A stretch of DNA of 64,000 bases from Acidobacteriota bacterium (lineage in GTDB: Bacteria > Acidobacteriota > UBA890 > WLXD01). The stretch is taken from NCBI GenBank assembly GCA_965205505.1, contig CBDBHB010000009.1, positions 128,001-192,000 on the forward strand, read 5' to 3'. Each line of letters begins with the position of its first letter. Positions within the stretch are counted from its first letter, which is position 1. Under the pieces are notes generated by a model. That model saw only the letters and a list, made by a program, of their open reading frames with translations, was not told the origin of the DNA and did no database searches. The position numbers and the translations under genes are program-made. Below, one piece after another: positions 60,534-64,000 of the stretch.

Positions 60534-61661
60534 ATGAGACTAGAGCGCATGGGCGTGGCCCTCTTCCTCGCCGTTGGGCTGGCGATACTCCCAGCCTGCG
60601 TTGGTGAGGACCAGGCCGCACAGGAGGCGGCTATGAAGGGCGGGGACGACCGTACCGGAGGATACGATCCGGTGGCAGATTGGTGGAAGCCGGCGCCAGA
60701 CCACGACGAGGAGTGGACCTGGGGTCAGGTCTCTGGTGTGGCGGCTGACAATCCGAACCGGATTATCGTTGCAGTGTGGGGCGACCGGAACGCCGAAGGC
60801 GAAGAGCGGCCGAACAGCTCCAACTACATGGTGGTCGTCGATGGGAACGGGGACATCGTCGAGCGCTGGACCCAGTGGGACAGCATGCTCAACACTCCCC
60901 ACCAGGTCTACATCAGCCCCTACGACCCGGAGCGCCACATCTGGCTCGTCGAGCGCGGCGGAGGAACCAGAGACATCCACGAGCAGGTCATCAAGTTCTC
61001 CAACGACGGCAAACAGATCGTGATGCGGCTCATCGACCCCAACCCGCGCCAGAGCGGGGAGGAGGCACGGGCGAACAAGAACCCGGGACCGCTCGACTTC
61101 GGCCAGGCCTCGGTGATGACCTTCCTCCCGGACGGCGACTTTCTGCTCGGGGACGGTTACCAGAACGGTCGTATCGCCAGGTACAACGCGGCCGGCGAGC
61201 TCGTGTCGGAGTTCGGCTCGGTCGGGAGCGGCCCCGGACAGTTCGACCTCATCCACGGCGTCGCCGTGGACCGCGATCATCGCATCTACGTCGGCGACCG
61301 GACCAACGACCGCATCCAGGTCTTTACGGAAGACGGCGAGTTCATCGAGGAGTGGCCCGACGTCACCGATCCCGTCGGAATCTTCATCGACGAGAATGAC
61401 GCAGTCTGGGTGATTTCTGCGGCAGTGAACCGAATCCTCAGGTACAACCTGGACGGGGTCCTCCAGTACCACTGGGGTGCGTTCGGCGGGACGAGGGGCG
61501 GCTTTCCTGGTGGCCTCGCGCGTCCACACCAGATGGACGTGGACCAGGACGGCAACGTCTATGTCGCCAGCTGGGACGGCGGATGGTTGAGCAAGTTCGT
61601 TCCGAAGCCCGGGGCCGATCCCATAAAGCTCGTCGGCCGGGGATTGGTTCTCACGAACTAG
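60534..61661 (+). CDS. NHL-repeat lipoprotein (peptidyl-alpha-hydroxyglycine amidating lyase-like)
   Basis: LPAC lipobox, DGYQNGRI, GPGQFDLIHGVAVD, IYVGDRTNDRIQVF. Confidence 0.82.
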   Translation: MRLERMGVALFLAVGLAILPACVGEDQAAQEAAMKGGDDRTGGYDPVADWWKPAPDHDEEWTWGQVSGVAADNPNRIIVAVWGDRNAEGEERPNSSNYMVVVDGNGDIVERWTQWDSMLNTPHQVYISPYDPERHIWLVERGGGTRDIHEQVIKFSNDGKQIVMRLIDPNPRQSGEEARANKNPGPLDFGQASVMTFLPDGDFLLGDGYQNGRIARYNAAGELVSEFGSVGSGPGQFDLIHGVAVDRDHRIYVGDRTNDRIQVFTEDGEFIEEWPDVTDPVGIFIDENDAVWVISAAVNRILRYNLDGVLQYHWGAFGGTRGGFPGGLARPHQMDVDQDGNVYVASWDGGWLSKFVPKPGADPIKLVGRGLVLTN

Positions 61662-61723
61662 GCGTTCCGGACACGAAACCGAACGGGAGATGGAGCAAGT
61701 CCCTCGGCGCGATGAGCCGCGGG

Positions 61724-61856
61724 GGTACTGTCAAGTTAAAACTCGAAATCAGCGAGAAACGCGTGATCCATGAACCTCAAGGCCCTTGCCCTGCGGGCGT
61801 TTCACTTCCGGCCAAGAGGCCTCAGCTGTCCGTAGGCGAGTTCACCTGATAGCACC
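61724..61856. mobile_element. MITE copy A (133 bp, right TIR degenerate)
   Basis: GGTACTGTCAAGTTAA...GAGTTCACCTGATAGCACC; closely matches reverse complement of 63203-63332. Confidence 0.8.
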
Positions 61857-61945
61857 CTTCGTGTCTTGAAGAATAGCGTCGCTCCACGGGCCGTAGAGCC
61901 TTTCTTCGTGAAAGCTCAGCGACGGAAGCGAAACGCCCCCTCCCG

Positions 61946-62064
61946 TGGACCCTCGCCCACCCCAGCGATAGGCTTCAGGCGCTCACCCACCCTCTGGTAG
62001 CGCCATGGAACCCGGCACCCGACTAGGCGAGTACGAGATCCTCGACCGTCTCGGTGCGGGTGGA
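61946..62064 (+). pseudogene. promoter + kinase 5' stub (20 codons)
   Basis: TGGACC-N17-TAGGCT; [20 protein letters not shown] from 62005. Confidence 0.85.
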
Positions 62065-62150
62065 CGTGGCGATCAGCGCGCCGCTTATGCGCGACTTCGT
62101 GGCCCGCAACGTCTATGCCACCGACTGAACCGAGAACACACACCCTGACC

Positions 62151-63134
62151 ATGGACACGAAGACAATGAAAGCGGCGCTGATGCGCAAGCCAGGCGCACC
62201 CGAGGTGCTGGCGATTGAGGAGTTGCCGGTTCCTGAACCAGCGCCCGGGTGGGTACTCATCCGAGTGAAAGCGTTCGGGCTCAACCGCTCCGAGCTTTTC
62301 ACGCGACAGGGTCACTCACCGGGGGTGACGTTTCCCCGTGTACTTGGCATTGAGGCGGTGGGAATTGTGGAGGACACGCCGGGCGGCGAGTTCAAACCGG
62401 GGCAAACCGTGGCCACCGCGATGGGAGGCATGGGTCGGCAGTTTGATGGCGGCTACGCCGAGTACACCTGCGTACCTGCCATGCAGATACAAGCGATCAA
62501 CACGACGTTGGATTGGCAAACGTTGGGCGCACTGCCCGAGATGGTCCAGACCGCCTGGGGCTCGCTCACCAGTGCCTTGCGGCTGCAACCTGGTCAGAGC
62601 TTGCTGATTCGCGGTGGCACCACGTCGGTGGGCTTGGCCGCCGCGGCGCTGGCCAAACAGCAAGGCGCGACCGTCGCCGCGACGACCAGAAAAGCTGACC
62701 GTCAAGCCATGCTCGAAGGCAACGGCGCGGATCATGTGTTTATCGACAGCGGTGAGATCGCCGACGATGTACACGGCGTCTTCCCCGACGGTGTGGACAA
62801 GGTGCTGGAGCTCGTCGGAACCACCACGCTACTCGACTCGCTGCGGTGCGCTGCGCGTTGCGGCTCCGTGTGCATGACCGGCATGGTCGGCAACGCCTGG
62901 GAGCTTGAGCGATTCAGTCCGATGGGCGCGATCCCGTCCACGGTGAGCCTGACCACTTATGCGGGCGGCGACCGGGACTTCATTGACACACCGCTACAGA
63001 GGGTGGTGAACGACGTAGAGGAGGGTCGTATAACGCCTAAGATCGGACGAGTCTTTCAGCTCGACGACATCGTGGAGGCGCACCGTTGTATGGAAGACAA
63101 CGCAGCTGGCGGCAAGATCGTCGTCCTGACCTGA
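62151..63134 (+). CDS. MDR-family (zinc-binding ADH-like / quinone) oxidoreductase
   Basis: [34 protein letters not shown]. Confidence 0.9.
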   Translation: MDTKTMKAALMRKPGAPEVLAIEELPVPEPAPGWVLIRVKAFGLNRSELFTRQGHSPGVTFPRVLGIEAVGIVEDTPGGEFKPGQTVATAMGGMGRQFDGGYAEYTCVPAMQIQAINTTLDWQTLGALPEMVQTAWGSLTSALRLQPGQSLLIRGGTTSVGLAAAALAKQQGATVAATTRKADRQAMLEGNGADHVFIDSGEIADDVHGVFPDGVDKVLELVGTTTLLDSLRCAARCGSVCMTGMVGNAWELERFSPMGAIPSTVSLTTYAGGDRDFIDTPLQRVVNDVEEGRITPKIGRVFQLDDIVEAHRCMEDNAAGGKIVVLT

Positions 63135-63163
63135 GACAGGGGATCGCGACTCTAGGCAATACT

Positions 63164-63202
63164 CCGTTGGATCTCGCACGCTCCGGCGATAGGCTTCACC
63201 CG
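63164..63202 (+). promoter_or_regulatory. kinase promoter stub interrupted by MITE
   Basis: ccgttggatctcgcacgctccggcgataggcttcacccg nearly identical to 55100-55138. Confidence 0.75.
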
Positions 63203-63332
63203 GGTACTGTCAAGTTAACTCGATTTGAGCAGTTGAGGCCTCTTGGCCGAACGTGAAACGCCCGCAGGACAAGGCCCTTTCGGTTCATGGATCACGCGTT
63301 TCTCGCTGATTTCGAGTTAACTTGACAGTACC
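63203..63332. mobile_element. MITE copy B (130 bp, perfect 21-bp TIRs)
   Basis: GGTACTGTCAAGTTAACTCGA ... TCGAGTTAACTTGACAGTACC, no ORF. Confidence 0.88.
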
Positions 63333-63347
63333 GTTCGCGGGACTCGG

Positions 63348-64000
63348 CTAGCGATCGCTGTGGTCAAGCGGTAGCGGAGCGCTCGACCAGCGCCACCGCA
63401 ATGCGCTCAGGATGTCGGTCACCGAACTTGTTGACGCAGCATCGTTCGTGCCGGGCACCGCGCTGCTGGCGTAATAGACCAACAACCCGCCGCCGGCCGA
63501 GCCGCCGCTGACCTCCAACTCGACCTGGTAATGGTCCTTTGCCCCTCTGACGCCCTCGAAGTCGACACTGGCACCCAGGTCCTCGGCGCTAATGGCCACC
63601 CTTTGCGTGGCGATCTTCTTTCGCTTTCCCTTCTTGTCGACGTCGAACAACGCGGCTTCGAGCTCGTTCGGAGCCGAGCTTGACGGACTGAAGTTGTTTT
63701 TCGCGATCATTAGCCCGACAGCGATGTCACGCGGCGCGGCGCTCCTCTTGACGCGGGTGGAAGAGGGATGTCCACCTTCCATTTCGGCAACTTTCCGGCA
63801 GCCGTCGTGCCTTTGACGTCGAACGAGTCGGTAACCAGCGTAGTAGTGCGCTGAACCGAACCCGCTTGCCGGAGGCGCGGTTGGAGCTCAACCCGCGGCC
63901 CGACGAGCACTGAGCTTGCGGGGGAACTGGATCGTCCAGCCGACCGGGCCGGCGCGCGCGTGATCGCCTTGCCCACGTTTGCCGCGTTGTAGACCAACAC
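63348..64000 (-). CDS. hypothetical protein running off right edge, possibly frameshifted near 63750
   Basis: Two overlapping ORFs (63710-64000, 63348-63782) with protein-like composition. Confidence 0.4.

Noticed and set aside
53058-62064. Kinase stubs as DGR template/variable repeats
   Set aside because: Differences are not adenine-specific and mostly leave the protein unchanged; no reverse transcriptase in the window.
47906-64000. Classical integron
   Set aside because: The integrase is P4-type, not IntI, and I saw no attC-like RYYYAAC...GTTRRRY hairpins between genes.
1-64000. CRISPR array, rRNA or complete tRNA
   Set aside because: No regularly spaced repeats or full RNA genes seen; only a 14-bp tRNA-like end.

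Overview
GC-rich bacterial window, most likely Acidobacteriota (inferred from a GWxTD protein, a VWFA-related fragment and PD40-type Ser/Thr kinases). The left part (1-36.5 kb) is mostly intact chromosome: a partial TPP-dependent E1 gene, GWxTD protein, AddB/AddA-like repair pair, a surface-glycan cluster (rfbA, rfbB, GT4, epimerase, asnB, acyltransferase, flippase-like protein, GlpD-like oxidoreductase) around a PKD lipoprotein, hydrolases, a copper locus and a TPR-type two-component system. At 36585 a tRNA-Ser-like 3' end (att site) beside an intact P4-type integrase opens a decayed genomic island that probably runs past the right edge. It holds alpA, primase and HNH remnants, two inverted IS3 (IS407-like) copies, several IS scars and many gene fragments. 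The most unusual structure is at 52.2-63.3 kb: unrelated, mostly exported enzyme genes are separated by co-oriented stubs of a Ser/Thr kinase promoter plus 5' end, resembling a cassette array, and an inverted pair of ~130-bp MITEs brackets one cargo gene. All calls come from reading the sequence by eye; no searches were run.
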